Part shown: in pieces, positions 13,634-27,337 of the stretch | How positions within the stretch are numbered: the stretch's first letter is position 1 | Layout of the letters: every line of letters starts with the position of its first letter | Assembly (NCBI GenBank): GCA_030390025.1 | Contig: CM059438.1 | Span: forward strand, 68,698,001 to 68,762,000 | Source of the DNA: Squalus acanthias | Lineage: Eukaryota | DNA length: 64,000 bases | Direction of reading: 5' to 3' | Made by a program: the position numbers and the translations under genes | Notes under the pieces: model-generated | The model's input: only the letters and a program-made list of their open reading frames with translations | The model's database searches: none | Told to the model about the DNA's origin: nothing

Positions 13634-14155
13634 TCTGATGTAATAGATGGCAGGTGAAGGTGAGATGACAGAAGCAAATCTGTCAATGCTGAGAGAGGTT
13701 CTTCCAATGAGATGCCACTGGATAGAGAGTTGACTCGAAACACTTGCAAGCTGCATAAAGCTCAATCTGTCTTCCAATTGCAGTAAACAACAGTTTCTGA
13801 GCTTGGAAAAGTGAACAGCTGTGAGATGGGAGCTTTGATACAACTTTTGCAGCTGTCAGGTAATCAGATAATTCAATGCTGAATCAACACATGACCTGCT
13901 GAGCTGACGTGATCTCCGAGCAACGTATAAACCATGGGGGAACTCGTAAAATTGAAAAGTAAGCTTAAAATATTATTTAACTGCCTCTTAACAATCTCTC
14001 TAATAATCTAAATTGCCTCCCCTGCCGCTTAGTGTCGGGTCTGTTCAGCGATGACAGACTCAACATCTGGGAGACTGGTGTGGAGGCTTGACAGCGGGTT
14101 CTCACAATCGCGCCCGCTGACCCCCAAAACATTCCCCCATGCCTCTATTTATAAA

Positions 14156-14353
14156 TCATGATGCGGAGATGCCGGTGTTGGACTGGGGTGGACAAAATTG
14201 AGAGGTCGCACAACACCAGGTTATAGTCCAACAGTTTTATTTGAAATCCCTGTATCCAATTTACTTCACCTGAGGAAGGAGCGATAGCTCCGAAAGCTTG
14301 TGATTTCAAATAAAACTGTTGGACTATAACCTGGTGTTGTGCGACCTCTCAAT
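14156..14353 (+). mobile_element. Mini Penelope-like insertion (pseudo-LTR plus inverted copy) with hammerhead motif
   Basis: 12-bp flanking duplication TCTATTTATAAA (14144-14155 and 14354-14365); perfect 53-bp inverted repeat 14196-14248 / 14302-14354. Confidence 0.85.
14266..14303 (+). ncRNA. Minimal type I hammerhead ribozyme motif
   Basis: TCAC-CTGAGGA-A-GGAGC(gata)GCTCC-GAAA-GCTT-GTGA: core CUGANGA and GAAA, stem I TCAC/GTGA, 5-bp stem II, palindromic AGCT stem III. Confidence 0.8.
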
Positions 14354-16290
14354 TCTATTTATAAAGCCCAGGATCCCATATGCTTTATTATCTACTTTGT
14401 TAACCTGTCCTGCTACCTTCAAAGATTTGTGAACAAACACCCCCAGGTCTCTCACTTGCTTCATCCCTTTAAAATTGTAGCATTTAGCTTGTAATGTCCC
14501 TCCTCATTCCTCCTACAAAAATGTGTTGAATTTCATCTGCCATGTGTCCGCCCATTCCACCAGCCTGTCTATGTCCTCTTAAAGTCTATTACTATCTTCC
14601 TCACTGTTCACTGTACTTCCAAGTTTCGTATCATCTAAAAGTTTTGAAATTGTGCCCTGCACCCCCAAGTCCATGTATTGTATATCAAAAACATCAGTTG
14701 TACTAGTACTGAACCCTGGGGAACACCACGGTATACTTCCATCCAGTCCGAAAAACAGCCATTCACCACAAATCTCTGTTTTCTATTCCATAGCCAATTT
14801 TGTATCCATGCTCTGACTCCCCCTTTTATCCCGTGGCCTTCAATTTTACTAACAAGCCTAATAAGTGCTATTTCTGCAAATACCTTTTGAAAGTCCATAT
14901 ACACAACATCAACTACACTGCCCTTATACAACCTCTCTATTATCTCATCAAAAAACTCAATCAAGTTAGTAAAACACGATTTGCCCTTAACAAATCCGTG
15001 CCGGCTCTCCTTTATGAGTCCAGGCTTGTCCAAGTGGCTGTTAATTTTCTCCCAGCTTATTGTTTCTAAAAGCTTCCCCACCACCAACGTTAAACTGACT
15101 GGCCTGTAATTGCCAGGTTTATCTCCTCCCCTTTTTTGAACAAGGGTGCGTCATTTGCAATCCTTCAGTCCTCTGGCACCACCCCTGTATCTAAGGAGGA
15201 TTGGAAGATTGTGGCCAGCACCTACACAATTTCTACCCTTACTTCCCTCAGTAACCTAGGATGCATCCCATCCGGGCCGGGCGACTTATCCACTTTAATA
15301 CTGCCCACCTTTCTAGTACCTACTCTTTATCTATTTTTATCTCATCCAGTATCCTCATTTACCATAGCTTTAACAAAGTCCTCTTCCTTGGTAAACACTG
15401 ATGCAAAGTACTCATTTAGTACCTCAGCCATGCCTTCTGCCTCCACCAATAGATCTCCATTTTGGTCCCTAATCGGCCCCATCGCTCCTCTGACAACTTT
15501 TTTACTGTTAATATGCCTATTGAAGACCACTGGATTCCCTTTTATTATAGCCGCCAATCTAGTCTCGTACGGTCGCTTTGGCCCGCTTATTTCTTTTTTC
15601 ACTTCTCCTCTGTTCTTTTTATATTCAGCCTGATTCTCCCTTGTATTATCAAACTGACATCAGCTTTCGTACAAGCATTTTTTTCGAATTAAAAACAAAA
15701 GAAGTGATGAATGTAGTCCTACACTGAAGTCCTTGAAGCGTTTGGTATCTTCACTTACTGATGGGATTTATCAGTTTTTAAATGAGCATATTTCTGAGAT
15801 GAATCAGTTGTGTAGTGTTTTTGGCCTTCGTCTGATTTTTCCCATTCTCTTAAATTGCTGACAAGTGGGGAAAGAAAAGCGATTATTAATGAATAATTTT
15901 GATTTTGACTAATACAGAACTGAGATGCCTGAATTAAATCATATCTCTACTTAACAATATATTGTTTTTCTCTAGACAGCATTCCTTCCTTTTTAGATCC
16001 TAGTAGAACAGGAACTATTATAACTTATGGTGTAGTTGACCATTTCCACCTGTACCTATGTATACAGCCACCAATTGTTAACCAGAAATCCATGTTCCTC
16101 TCGGAAGGAATTATTCTTCTCACCTGAGCTGGTTTTGCATGTATCCAGAATAAGCAGTCCTCATATGCTGGACTCTATAAGCTGATTTTCCAACAAGACT
16201 CAGTGAAAACTAGTAAGCTCTGAAGTTTATTGGGCAATCTTCAATTGCTGGCAGATGGGTTAAACTGCACATTAAACCTGTGGTGTTCTA

Positions 16291-17135
16291 AGGGGTGATT
16301 TTATCAATGGGGACGTGATGGAAGCGAGAAAGCTGCTTGTCGGGTTTTAGTCCCGCCTCCATCGACGTCTGGCCAACCCACGCTATTGTCCCTTGATTGA
16401 CCTTGTTAAGCCCGCCCAGCGGGCTTAACCGGCCAATTAAGGAAAAGCCAGTGACAGAGGACGTCAGCATATGACATTTCATCTGTCAAATATTTTTAAC
16501 AGATGAATTGTCATCGTTTGACAGCTTTGAGAAGCTGTCAAACACTGACCATCTCTGTTCTTTGGTGAGTACTTGTACTCAAGACTCACCAAACCTCTTT
16601 CCTGAGCAGAAAGCAGAAGGCTGCTGCATTTAAGAATGCAGCGGCCATTCTGCTTTCTCTGCCAGTGAAATGAGGCAGCTCCGCAGCCTAAAGGGATGAA
16701 GCCTGGAGGAAGAAGCAAATGTAAGTAATCTTATTAAAACACTTTAGACTCACCTCACACACTTACCTCTCCACACTTGCACTCATCACTCACCTGCACA
16801 CCGGACATTTCGGCCCCTCCGACCCCCGCAGACCCACGGCTCGTCTCGCTGACCCTGGCAAGGTTCAGAGCTGTCGGGAAACCCACACTTTATGGCCCAA
16901 AATAGGGATTAGCCAAAAAACTGCCTGTTAACTACCTGTTAACAGGCAGTTAATTGGCACTAATCCCCTTCCTGCCTCGAGGAGACGGGATCCGGCGCGG
17001 GTCGGGTACCCGCCTCCTGGTAAGATGGCACGGAGGCGGGTTGGGGGCGGGATGGGTACCCGCTCCCAGATTCTACCATTTTCCCGGCAGTCCCGCCTCC
17101 ATATCCGCCTCCCCAGGGCTGGGAAAATCGCCCCC
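16291..17135. mobile_element. Harbinger-type non-autonomous element, family H2
   Basis: TIRs AGGGGTGATTTT and AAAATCGCCCCC, flanks CTA/TTA; subterminal regions also resemble family H3. Confidence 0.85.
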
Positions 17136-17826
17136 TTAGTGTCTACCAGGAATACAGTTCTGCCAGAAGCTCAGTCTGTTAGTTTTATGTTTTTCCAATA
17201 TGTGACACACATGGTGAAAATACCACAGTCAACCAACCACTGAGCTATACGCCTGGAGTTTCTCCTGCTAATTTGTTAGACCTTCCATTTTGGATAAGAA
17301 GCAGATGAGGCATGTTGCATGCAACTACGTTATGTTTATCTCTTACATTATCCATCTGTTTTCTAACTGATAACTAAAATACAAAATGAATGTTACAAAA
17401 GAACCTCTGCAGTAATAGGAGCAAATGAATGATCTACTTAAAATTTAGGCCATATTGCTCTCATAGATTGTATCAATATTCATATTTCTGCAGCAGCAAC
17501 ATAACCCAGATGACAGCAATTTAATTAGAAGCTTAGTTTTGCTAATGGGTTGTCTGAATATTGTTGTCCCAGTGGTACTTGCAGAACTTATTATTGTCAA
17601 TTTTGTGAACGCCAGGGGACTGTGTTGTGATATCCAGTTGTTATCTGCCAGTGGTCACCAATTTGCAAATTATTATTTTTTTTTTGCAAATGGTTTCCTG
17701 TATCAGTTTTCAAAGGTAAGGGAGATTATTTCCAAAGGGCTTCACCCTCCTTTCGTAAAGGATTGACCATGACTCTGTGAAGGATGCTGAACTCTTTGCA
17801 AATATAAGTGTTAATGTATTCAAGTG

Positions 17827-18445
17827 GTTCACAATAATGCACAAATTACTAAAAGCTAGTGCACAGGTACAAAAGGTAATCTAAAAAGCTAATGGAATTT
17901 TGGGCTGGAATCCAAAGTAGAGGAAGTTATGCTTCAGTTGTACAGAACCTTGGTCAGACTCCATCTGGAGCACTGATTTCAATTCTGGACATCGTACCTC
18001 AGGAAGGATATATTGGCTTTGGAGGGGGTGCAGCACAGATTCACCAGAATGATACCGGGGCTTAATGGGTTAAATTATGAGGAAAGGTTGCATTAACTTT
18101 GCTTGTATTTTTTTGAGTTTACAAGGGTTGAGGGGTGAACTAACTGAGGTGTTTGAAATGATAAAGAGATTTGATGGGGTAGATACAGAGAAACTATTTC
18201 CTCTGGTGGGAGAATCCAGAACAAGTTGGGCACAATCTTAAAATTAGAGCTAGGCAATTCAGGAGTGTAATCAGCAATCACCTTTTCACACAAAGGGTAG
18301 AAGAATTGTGGAACTCTCTCCCCAAAAGGCTGTGAATGCTAGGACAATTGAAATTTTCAAGACTCAAATCGATAGGTAAAGGTATCAAGGGATATGGATC
18401 AAAGGCGGGTTAATGCTGTGGAGATACAGATCAGCCGTGATATGC
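17827..18445 (+). mobile_element. Decayed CR1 3' portion
   Basis: Encodes relics of LQLYRTLVR, RKDILALEGVQ and RFTRMIPG. Confidence 0.85.
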
Positions 18446-18499
18446 TGGCAGATTTCTAGTGACAGTGCTGAAGGCAAGTCAGATGATTTGCTGTTTTAT

Positions 18500-19375
18500 A
18501 ATGACAGGAAAATTTTCAGAGTGGGCAGTTAAGCGGCAAATGAACTTTAACATAGAGAAATGTGAGGTGATGCACTTTGATGGGAAAATCAGAAACATCA
18601 CCTCCACCTTAGAAAATTAAAAAAAAACTGAATGGGGTAGAAGAGCAAACAGATCTAGGGATACAGGTGACAAATCATTAAAAGCAGCATCGCACATCAA
18701 CAAAGCAATTAAAAATGCTAACAAAGCACTGGGATTTATTTCTCGGGGTACAGAATTCAAAAGTAGTGAAGTTATGTTAAACTTGTATAGGACCCTGGTC
18801 AGGCCGCACACAAGTACTGTGCTCAGTTCAGGTCTCCATATTATTAAAAGGACATAGAAGCACTGGAGAAAGTGAAAAAAAGATTTACAAGGATGGCACC
18901 AGAACTGAGAGATTGCAGCAATCGGGAAAGATTGAACAGGTTGGAGCTTTTTCCTTTAGAAAAGAGAAGACTTAGAGGCGACCTGATAGAGGTCTTTTAA
19001 AATTATGAATGTGTTTGACAGGGTAGATGTGAAGAGAATGTTTCCACTTGTGGGAGTATCCGAAACTAGGGGCCATAAATACAAGATGGTTACTAATAAA
19101 TTCAATAGGGAAATAAGGAGAATTTTCTTCACTCGGAGAGTGGTTCGAATGTGGAACTCGCTACCGCAAGAAGTGGTTGAGGGAAATAGCTTAGATGCGT
19201 TCAAAAGGAAACTAGATGAGAAAATGAGAGAAAAGGAAATAAAAAGATAGGCTGAAAGGCTAAGATGGGGCAGATGGAATGGGAGGAGACTCGTGTGGAG
19301 TATAATCAGCAGCACAGACTAGTTGGGCCGAATGGCCTGTTTCTGTGCTGTCTATTCTATGTAATATATTCTATG
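18500..19375 (+). mobile_element. CR1 3' portion with 3' UTR and tail
   Basis: EKCEVMHF; FFTRRVVRMWNSLP; TTGGGCCGAATGGCCTGTTTCTGTGCTG plus TTCTATG tail. Confidence 0.9.
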
Positions 19376-19572
19376 TACCATATCACGCAGAATCTGTTGT
19401 TCTGCTGCTAACATGGCCTGTCCTTCTAAGGTCACAAAGTCTTATTGCTGTAAGTAAACACAGACTGAGGTCAATCAGAGTTTAATTGTCATTTGGTGAG
19501 GGAACATAGGAAAGCACAGGAATGGGAAAGACTGCAGGTTGTCGAGCTGAATCCAAAGACCTTAATCACCTA

Positions 19573-20262
19573 GGGGGAACAATTTGGTTGCTTTGCGCCT
19601 CCCGTTAGCGCCCTAAGAGGGCGCTAATGGGGGGCGCAAAGCAACTAGCGCCTGGGCGCGGCGCCGCCAACGCCTCCCACGAAATTCAGTGGGAGGTTAG
19701 CGGCGGCGGTAATCGTTAGCACCCCGTGGCGCTCTGCCGCCGGCGACCGTACGCAGCGCCCCGCTCGCGCCCCAGCCGCGATCTTCGGTAGCGCCCCCTG
19801 ACTTACCGCTGGACACTATGTCTGACGGGGTCAGTGGGGCCTACCTGCGGCCGGGGCAGCGCTATTTAAAGGCGAGGTGTCAGGCGGCCATTTTTGATGC
19901 TGGCCGCCTGCCAGCACCTGCCTCCGCTGCCGTCCCTGGCCTCCTGCGCACCCCCCCCCCCCACCCCCGCACCCTGCAGAGTGCCGGCCGCGCTCCATGA
20001 GCCTGGCACTTCTCTTGAGTGCCGGGCTCTTTTGCCGGCACTCCGATCTGGGCCCCAGGTCGCGCTGCGCAAGGTCCCTCCCCCTTAAGAAGGGGAGGAA
20101 GGCGCGGCACGCAGCGCCGTGATATTCCCTCGCAGTGCCCCGCTTCCCTCTTGACGCTACCATTCAATTTCAGCCACGGGGGTGCTAAATTTTTGGGGGC
20201 ACTAAAAGTAGCGCCCCTGTGAAGTTAGCGCCCCAAAGGGGGCGTGACTCAATTTTTCCCCC
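19573..20262. mobile_element. Harbinger-type MITE, family H1 (opposite orientation to 1164-1898)
   Basis: TIRs GGGGGAACAATT and AATTTTTCCCCC; 3-bp TSD CTA/CTA. Confidence 0.9.
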
Positions 20263-20543
20263 CTACTCTCTCAAATATTTATCCAACTCTCCCTTAAATC
20301 TTTCCACAATATCTGCTTCACTGGGCAGTTTGTTCCATCTAAATCTAAATGGTCCGTGCGTTTTCCCTCCTGTCAACTTGAGCCAATGCTCTCGAGTTCA
20401 TGACAGTTTAGGACTTCAATTTATCCATTTCCTTTTAGTTCATGTAAAGTTGTGGCTCTAGGTCAGAACAAAAAAAAAATGACTGCCTTCCTTTTTTTTA
20501 AAGTTACATTGCTAAACAATGTCAAAACCTTTATATTGACAGA

Positions 20544-21290
20544 GGGCTGGATTTTGATACTGGGGCGGGTTGGGGTCGTTTCATCCGCATTTCGTGTTAT
20601 CCATCCGACTGCAATTGGATGTGGGAGATTGCTGCAATTTTCACTTAATTGAGCAATTGAGTTCCAGCATGTGGGAACCCATGAACCAATTAGTGGTTTC
20701 AGTCTGAAAGTCGCCTCTGATGATGTCATCATTGTTGCTGCATTGCAGGTCAGAGACTGCCTGGCCTTTGCTGTGAGAGGACCTGGATGCAAAATGAGCA
20801 GCATCTGAGAGAGAAAGAGAGAGAGAGAGAGATAGAGAATTTTTTTTTCCATCCAGGTCCTCTCACAGCAAAGTCCAGGCAGTCTCTGAAGACATTCAAT
20901 GCAGCAGCATCAGAGGCGACTTTCAGACCTAATACTACTACTACCTTCATCACATCTCCGTTGTAATAGTGGACATGCAGCTGATAGTCAGCTATCCACT
21001 TGTGCTCCCGCCAGGTTTCACTGGCGTGTTTCAGATCAGGCGTGCTTCACGTGGGAAAAGGGTTAAACTAGCTAAAACGTTTCAAAATGGCATTACAGAA
21101 CCAATTTAGGGCTTGTTAAGGGCTTTAATGGCCTCTCCCACCTCTTGGAGGCGGGACGGAGACGGGACCACTGCACACAATTTTATCAAAATTGCATGGA
21201 GGTGGGATCGGGTCCGCCCGCCACTTTTTGCAATTTTAACCCCCCACACGCCTCCAAACCCGCCTCCACGGGTCTATGAAAATCCAGCCC
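20544..21290. mobile_element. Harbinger-type MITE, family H4
   Basis: Perfect TIR GGGCTGGATTTT / AAAATCCAGCCC; TSD AGA/AGA; inverted homologue at 54064-54733. Confidence 0.92.
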
Positions 21291-22386
21291 AGAGACTTAA
21301 TTTAATTTTGTGATTTGTCTCATTTATTCATGTAACGTTGTGATTTGTTCTGATAATTTTACACAAGTAATCACAGCAGTACACCAGTTAAACTCATTTG
21401 AATTTATCTGCAGTATCAAGTAAATGGCTGTTTGTACAGTTTTACCTCTCATGCCACACTACAGAAGAATGTTTGAGTATCGGAGCGTCCATTGCTCTCT
21501 CGGTTCCAAGGTTCAAAAAAGCACACGCTAGACTCTTATCTTTTATATTTTCAGTTCCTTCCTCTGCCAAAAAACTGTCCAGCAACTGTATCTTATAGTT
21601 TATTATTTGTTATCTGAACCATGACAGGTTCAGATTTATCAAATTTAGGACTGATGACAAGCACTTCTTCAGACAAAGAGCAATCAGATTTACAAGTAGG
21701 TTAATGGAGGCAAAAACTATGGATTTATGTAGGACACAGTTACATAACATAAGAACATAAGAAATAGCAGCAGGAGTAGGTCATTCGGCCCCTCGAGCCT
21801 GCTCCGCCATTCAATAAGACCATGGCTGGTCTTCTACCTCAACTCCACTTTCCTGCACTATCCCCATATCCCTTGATTCCCTTAATATCCAAAACATCTA
21901 TCGATCTCTGTCTTGAATATACTCAGTGACTGAGCCTCCACAGCCCTCTGGGGTAGAGAATTCCAAAGATTCACCATCCTCTGAGTGAAGAAATTTCTCC
22001 TCATCTCAATCCTAAATGGCCGACCTCTTATTCTGAGACTGTGACCCCTGGTTCTAGACTCCCCAGCCAGGGAAACATCCTCCCTGCATCTACCCTGTCA
22101 AGCCCTGTAAGAATTGTGTATGTTTCAATGAGATCACCTCTCATTCTTCTAAACTCCAGAGAATATAGGCATAGTCTACACAATCTGTCCTCAAAGGACA
22201 ATCCTCCCATCCCAGGAACCAGTCTGGTGAACCTTTGTTGCACTCCCTCTTAGGTAAGGAGACCAAAACTGTACACAATACTCCAGGTGTGGTCTCACCA
22301 GGGCCCTATACAATTGCAGTAAGACCTCTTTACTCTTATACTCAAATCTTCTTGTAATAAAGGCCAACATACCATTTGCTTTCTTA

Positions 22387-24453
22387 GAAACATAGAAAAA
22401 TAGGAGCAGGGGTAGGCTATTCGGCCCTTCAAGCCTGCTTCGCCATTCAATATGATCATGGCTGATCCTCTATCTCAATACCATATTCATGCTCACTCCC
22501 CATACCCCTTGATGCCTTTTGTAGCTAGAAATCTATCCATCTCCTTCTTAAATATATTCAGTGACTTGGCCTCCAAAGCCTTCTGTGGTAGAGAATTCCA
22601 CAGGTTCACCACCCTCTGAGTGAAGAAATTTCTCCTCATCTCAGTCCTAAATGTCCTACCCCGTATCCTGAGACTGTGACCCCTCATTCTAGACCCCCCC
22701 AGCCAGGGGAAACATCCTCCCTGCATCCAGTCTGTCTAGCCCTGTCAGAATTGTATACGTTCCAGTGAGATCCCCTTTCATTCTTCTAAACTCTAGTGAA
22801 TACAGGCCTAGTCGACCCAATCTCTCCTCATATGACAGTCCTGTCATCTCAGGAATCAGTCTGGTGAACCTTCGCTGCACTCCCTCTATGGCAAATATAT
22901 CCTTTCTTAGGTAAGGAGACCAAAACTACACACAGTACTCCAGGTGTGATCTCACCAAGGCCCTGTATAACTGTAGTAAGACATCCTTGCTCCTGTACTC
23001 AAATCCTCTTGCAATGAAGGCCAACTTACCACTTGCCTTCCTAACTGCTTGCTGCACCTGCTTGTTTGCTTTCTGTGACTGGTGTACAAGGACACCCAGG
23101 TCCCTTTGTACATCAACATTTCCCAATCTATCACCATTTAAATAATACTCTGCCTTTCTGTTTTTCCTACCGAAGTGGATAACCTCACATTTATCCATGT
23201 TATACTGCATCTGCCATGTATTTGCCCGCTCACTCAACTTGTCTAAATCGCCTTGAAGCCTCTTTGCATCCTCCTCACAACTCACAATCCCACCTAGTTT
23301 CGTGTCGTCAGCAAACTTGGAAATATTACATTTGGTTCCCTCATCCAAATCATTGATATATATTGTGAATAGCTGGGGCCCAAGTACTGATCCCTGCGGT
23401 ACCCCACTCGTCACCGCCTGCCACCCCGAAAAAGACCCATTTATTCCTACTCTCTGTTTCCTGTCTGTTAACCAATTTTCAATCCATGCCAGTATATTAC
23501 CCCCAATCACATGTGCTTTAATTTTGCACACTAACTTCTTATGTGGGACTTTATCAAAGGCCTTCTGAAAATCCAAATACACCACATCCACTGGTTCTCC
23601 CTTATCTATTCTGCCAGTTACATCCTCAAAAAACTCCAGTAGGTTTGTCAAACACAATTTCCCTTTCATAAATCCATGTTGATTTTGTCTAATCCCATTG
23701 ATATTTTCTAAGTGTCCTGTTATCACATCCTTTATAATAGACTCTAGCATTTTCCCTACTACTGATGTTAGGCTAGCGGGTCTGTAGTTCCCGGTTTTCT
23801 CTCTCCCTCCTTTTTTAAATAGTGGGGTTACATTTGCCACCCTCCAATCTGCAGGAACTGTTCCATAATCTATAGAATTTTGGAAGATGACAACCAATGC
23901 ATCCACTATTTCCATGGCTACCTCTTTTAGTACTCTGGGATGCAGATTATCAGGCCCTGGGGATTTATCGGCTTTCAGTCCCATTAATTTCTCCAGCACT
24001 ATTTTTTTACTGACACTAATTTCCTTTAATTCCTCCTTCTCACTAGACCCTTGGTTCCCTAGCATTTGTGGGAAGTTATTTGTGTCCTCTTCCGTGAAGA
24101 CAGAACCAAAGTATTTGTTTAATTGCTCAGCCATTTCCTTGTTCTCCATTATAAATTCTCTTGTTTCTGACTGTAAGGGACCTACATTTGTCTTTACTAA
24201 TCTTTTTCTTTTTACATACTTGTAGAAGCTTTGGCAATCTGCTTTTATGTTCCTTGCAAGTTTACTCTCATACTGTTTGTTTCCCCTCTTAATCAATCTC
24301 TTGGTCCTTTTTTGCTGAACTCTAAACTGTTCCCAATCCTCAGGCTTGCTATTTTTCTGGCAAATTTATATGACTCCTCTTTGGATCTAATACTATCCTT
24401 AATTTCTTTTGTTAGCCATGGTTGGGCCGCTTTTCCTTTTGTGTTTTGTGTTT
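22387..24453 (-). mobile_element. CR1 element B nested in A; 456-aa open RT segment
   Basis: ORF 22926-24296 with QHGF, YLDFQKAFDKVPH, GVPQGSVLGP, FADDTKL; TSD TTTCTTA. Confidence 0.93.
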
Positions 24454-24618
24454 TTTCTTAATTGCTTGCTGTACCTGCATGTTAACTTTCAGTGATTCGT
24501 GTACAAGGACACCCAGGTCCCTCTGAACACAAACATTTCCCAATCTCACACCATTTAAAAAATACTCTGCTTTGCTATCTTTCCTACCAAAGTGGATAAA
24601 TTCACATTTCTCCATATT

Positions 24619-25419
24619 GGACTGTGGAGCATCCGCGAAGCTGAGATCTTCATGGATAGCACGTTTAACGAGGTGGTCACACCACAGGTAAAGAGTGGAC
24701 AGGTAGACAGGAAATGGGTGACCGCCAGACAGAATGAAAGAACTAGGAAGGTAGTGCAGGAGTCCCCTGGGTCCATCTTCCTCTCCAACAGATTTTCCGT
24801 TTTGGATACAGCTGGGGGAGATGGTTCCTCAGGGGAATGCAGCAAGAGCCAAGTCCATGGCACTACGAGTGGCTCAGCTGCACAGGAGGGGAGGAAAAAG
24901 AGTGGGAGAGCAATAGTGATAGGAGATTCTATTGTAAGGAGAACAGATAGACGTTTCTGTGGCCGCAGAAGTGAATCCAGGATGGTATGTTGCCTCCCTG
25001 GTGCCAGGGTCAAGGATGTCACTGAACGGCTGCAGGGCATTCTGAAGGGGGAGGGCGAACAGTCAGAGGTCATGGTTCACATTGGTACCAACGACATGGG
25101 TAGAAAGAGGGATTAGGTCCTGCAACAAGAATTTAGGGACCTAGGTAGCAGATTAAAAAGCAGGACCTCAAAGGTTGTAATCTCTGGATTACTCCCGGTG
25201 CCACGTGCTAATGAGTATAGGAATAGGCGGATAGAGCAGATGAATGCGTGGCTAAAGAGTTGGTGCAGGAGGGAGGGCTTTAGTTTCCTGGATCACTGGG
25301 TCTGCTTCTGGGGAAGGTGGGACCTGTACAAGTCGGACGGGTTGCACCTGAACCGGAACGGGACCAACATCCTTGCGGGGAGGTTTGCTAGTACTGTTGG
25401 GGGTGGGGGTTTAAACTAA
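24619..25419 (+). pseudogene. CR1 ORF1 SGNH/GDSL esterase-like domain, interrupted by a stop at 25114-25116
   Basis: IVIGDSIVR (block I), HIGTND (block III), DGLH (block V). Confidence 0.88.
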
Positions 25420-27337
25420 CTTGGCAGGGGGATGGGATACGGAGTGGAGCTATAGTAGGGGGTGATGCACAGCCAAATATAGAGGAAAAAACAAGTCAGC
25501 CTGGAAGGCAGAGCAAATATGTAACGGCACAAGGGAGTATGGCAAGGCTTGATGGCATTTATTTTAATGCAAGGAGTCTTGCAAGTAAGGCAGATGAATT
25601 GAAGGTGTTGATGAACACATGGGAGTATGATATTGTTGCTATCACAGAGACATGGTTGAGGGAGGGGCAGGACTAGCAGCTCAATATTCCGGGGTATAGA
25701 ATCTTCAGGCGAGACAGAGGGGGGTGTAAAAGAGGATGGGGTGTCGCAATATTAATCAAGGAGTCAATTACTGCTGTAAGGAGGGATGATATCTTAGCAG
25801 GTTCCTCTAATGAGGCCATATGGGTAGAACTTAAAAACAAAAAGGGGGCAAGCACTTTGCTGGGAGTGTACTACAGGCCCCCAAACAGTCAGGGGGACAT
25901 AGAGGAACAGATATGTAGGCAAATCTCAGAGAAGTGAAGAAATAATAGGGTAATAATAGTGGGGATTTCAACTTCCCCAATATTAACTGGGATAGTCAGA
26001 GTGTGAAAGGCTCAGAGGGTGCGGAATTCTTAAAGTGCATCCAGGAGAGCTTTTTGAGTCAGCATGTAGAAAGTCCTACAAGAGAGGGGGCGGTACTGGA
26101 CATAATTCTAGGGAATGTAGCCGGGCAAGTGGTAGATGTGTCAGTAGGAGAGCATTTTGGTGACAGTGACCATAATTCGGTGAGATTTAAGGTAGTCATG
26201 GAAAAGGACAAAGATGGACCGGAAATAAAGGTTCTAAATTGGGGGGAAGGCCAATTTTAATATGATAAGGCAGGATCTGGCCAAAATGGTCTGGGATCAG
26301 CTACATCAGATCAATGGGAGTCTTTCAGAAAGGAAATAGAGAGAGTGCAACGCCAACATGTTCCCGTAAAGGTCAAGGGTGGGACCAACAAGCCCAGGGA
26401 ACCCTGGATGTCAAGGGATATACAAGAATGGATTAGGAAAAAAAGGGAGGCTTTTGGCAGATACAAAGGACTAAAAACAGTGGAAGCCCTAGAGGAGTAT
26501 AGAAAGTGCAGGGGGGTACTTAAAAAAAAATTAGGAGAGCGAAGAGGGGGCATGAAAAAACACTGGCGGGCAAAATAAAGGAAAATCCCAAGGTGTTTTA
26601 TAAGTATATTAAGGGCAAGAGGATAACCAGGGAAAGAGTAGGGCCTATTAGGGACCAAAGTGGCAATCTGTGTGCAGAGCCGTAAGATGTAGGTGAGGTT
26701 TTAAATGAATATTTTGCATCTGTGTTCACTATGGAGAAGGCTGATGTAGGCATAGAAATTAGGCAGGGGGATTGTGATATACTTGAACAAATTAGTATTG
26801 AGAGGGAGGAGGTATTAGCGGTTTTAGCGGGCTTAAAAGTGGATAAATCCCCAGGCCCTGACGGGATGTATCCCAGGCTGCTGTGTGAGGCAAGGGAGGA
26901 GATTGCAGGGGCTCTGACACAAGTTTTCAGAACCTCTCTGGCCACAGGGGAGGTGCCAGAGGACTGGAGAACAGCTAACATAGTACCATTGTTCAAGAAG
27001 GGTAGTAGGGATAAACCAAGAAATTACAGGCCAGTGAGCCTAACATCAAGGAAATTATTGGAAAAAATTCTGAGGGACAGAATCAGTCTCCACTTGGAGA
27101 GGCAGGACTTAATCAGGGATAGTCAGCATGGCTTTGTCAGGGGGAGATCATGTCTGACCAATTTGATTGAATTTTTCGAGGGGGTGACTAGGTGTGTGGA
27201 TGAGGGTAGTGCAGTTGATGTAGTCTACATGGACTTCAGTAAGTCTTTTGACAAAGTCCCACATGGGAGACTGGTCAAGATGGTAAGAGCCCATGGGATC
27301 CAGGGCAATTTGGCACATTGGATCCAAAATTGGTTTA

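Larger units (their letters stand above)
12408..14138. mobile_element. PIF/Harbinger internally deleted element, family H3 (long form)
   Basis: Left TIR GGCCGCGATTT; interrupts CR1 sequence TCTAT|GCCTCTATTT; contains convergent Myb-like and transposase-end relics. Confidence 0.8.
11806..15662 (-). mobile_element. CR1 LINE, 5'-truncated, carrying Harbinger (12408-14138) and Penelope-type (14156-14353) insertions
   Basis: CATAGAAT tail at left; ORF2 motifs RHGFVKGKSC, VYMDFQK, GVPQGSVL, EYFASVFT, FTQRVVRIWN. Confidence 0.95.

Noticed and set aside
13214..13843. 209-aa Q/H-rich ORF suggesting a transcription factor
   Set aside because: Lies inside a TIR element inserted in a LINE; low complexity and no host-gene domain
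14196..14354. Long hairpin as a miRNA precursor or DNA-transposon TIR pair
   Set aside because: Asymmetric arms, a hammerhead core and a second copy lacking the long inverted arm fit a Penelope-type inverted end better
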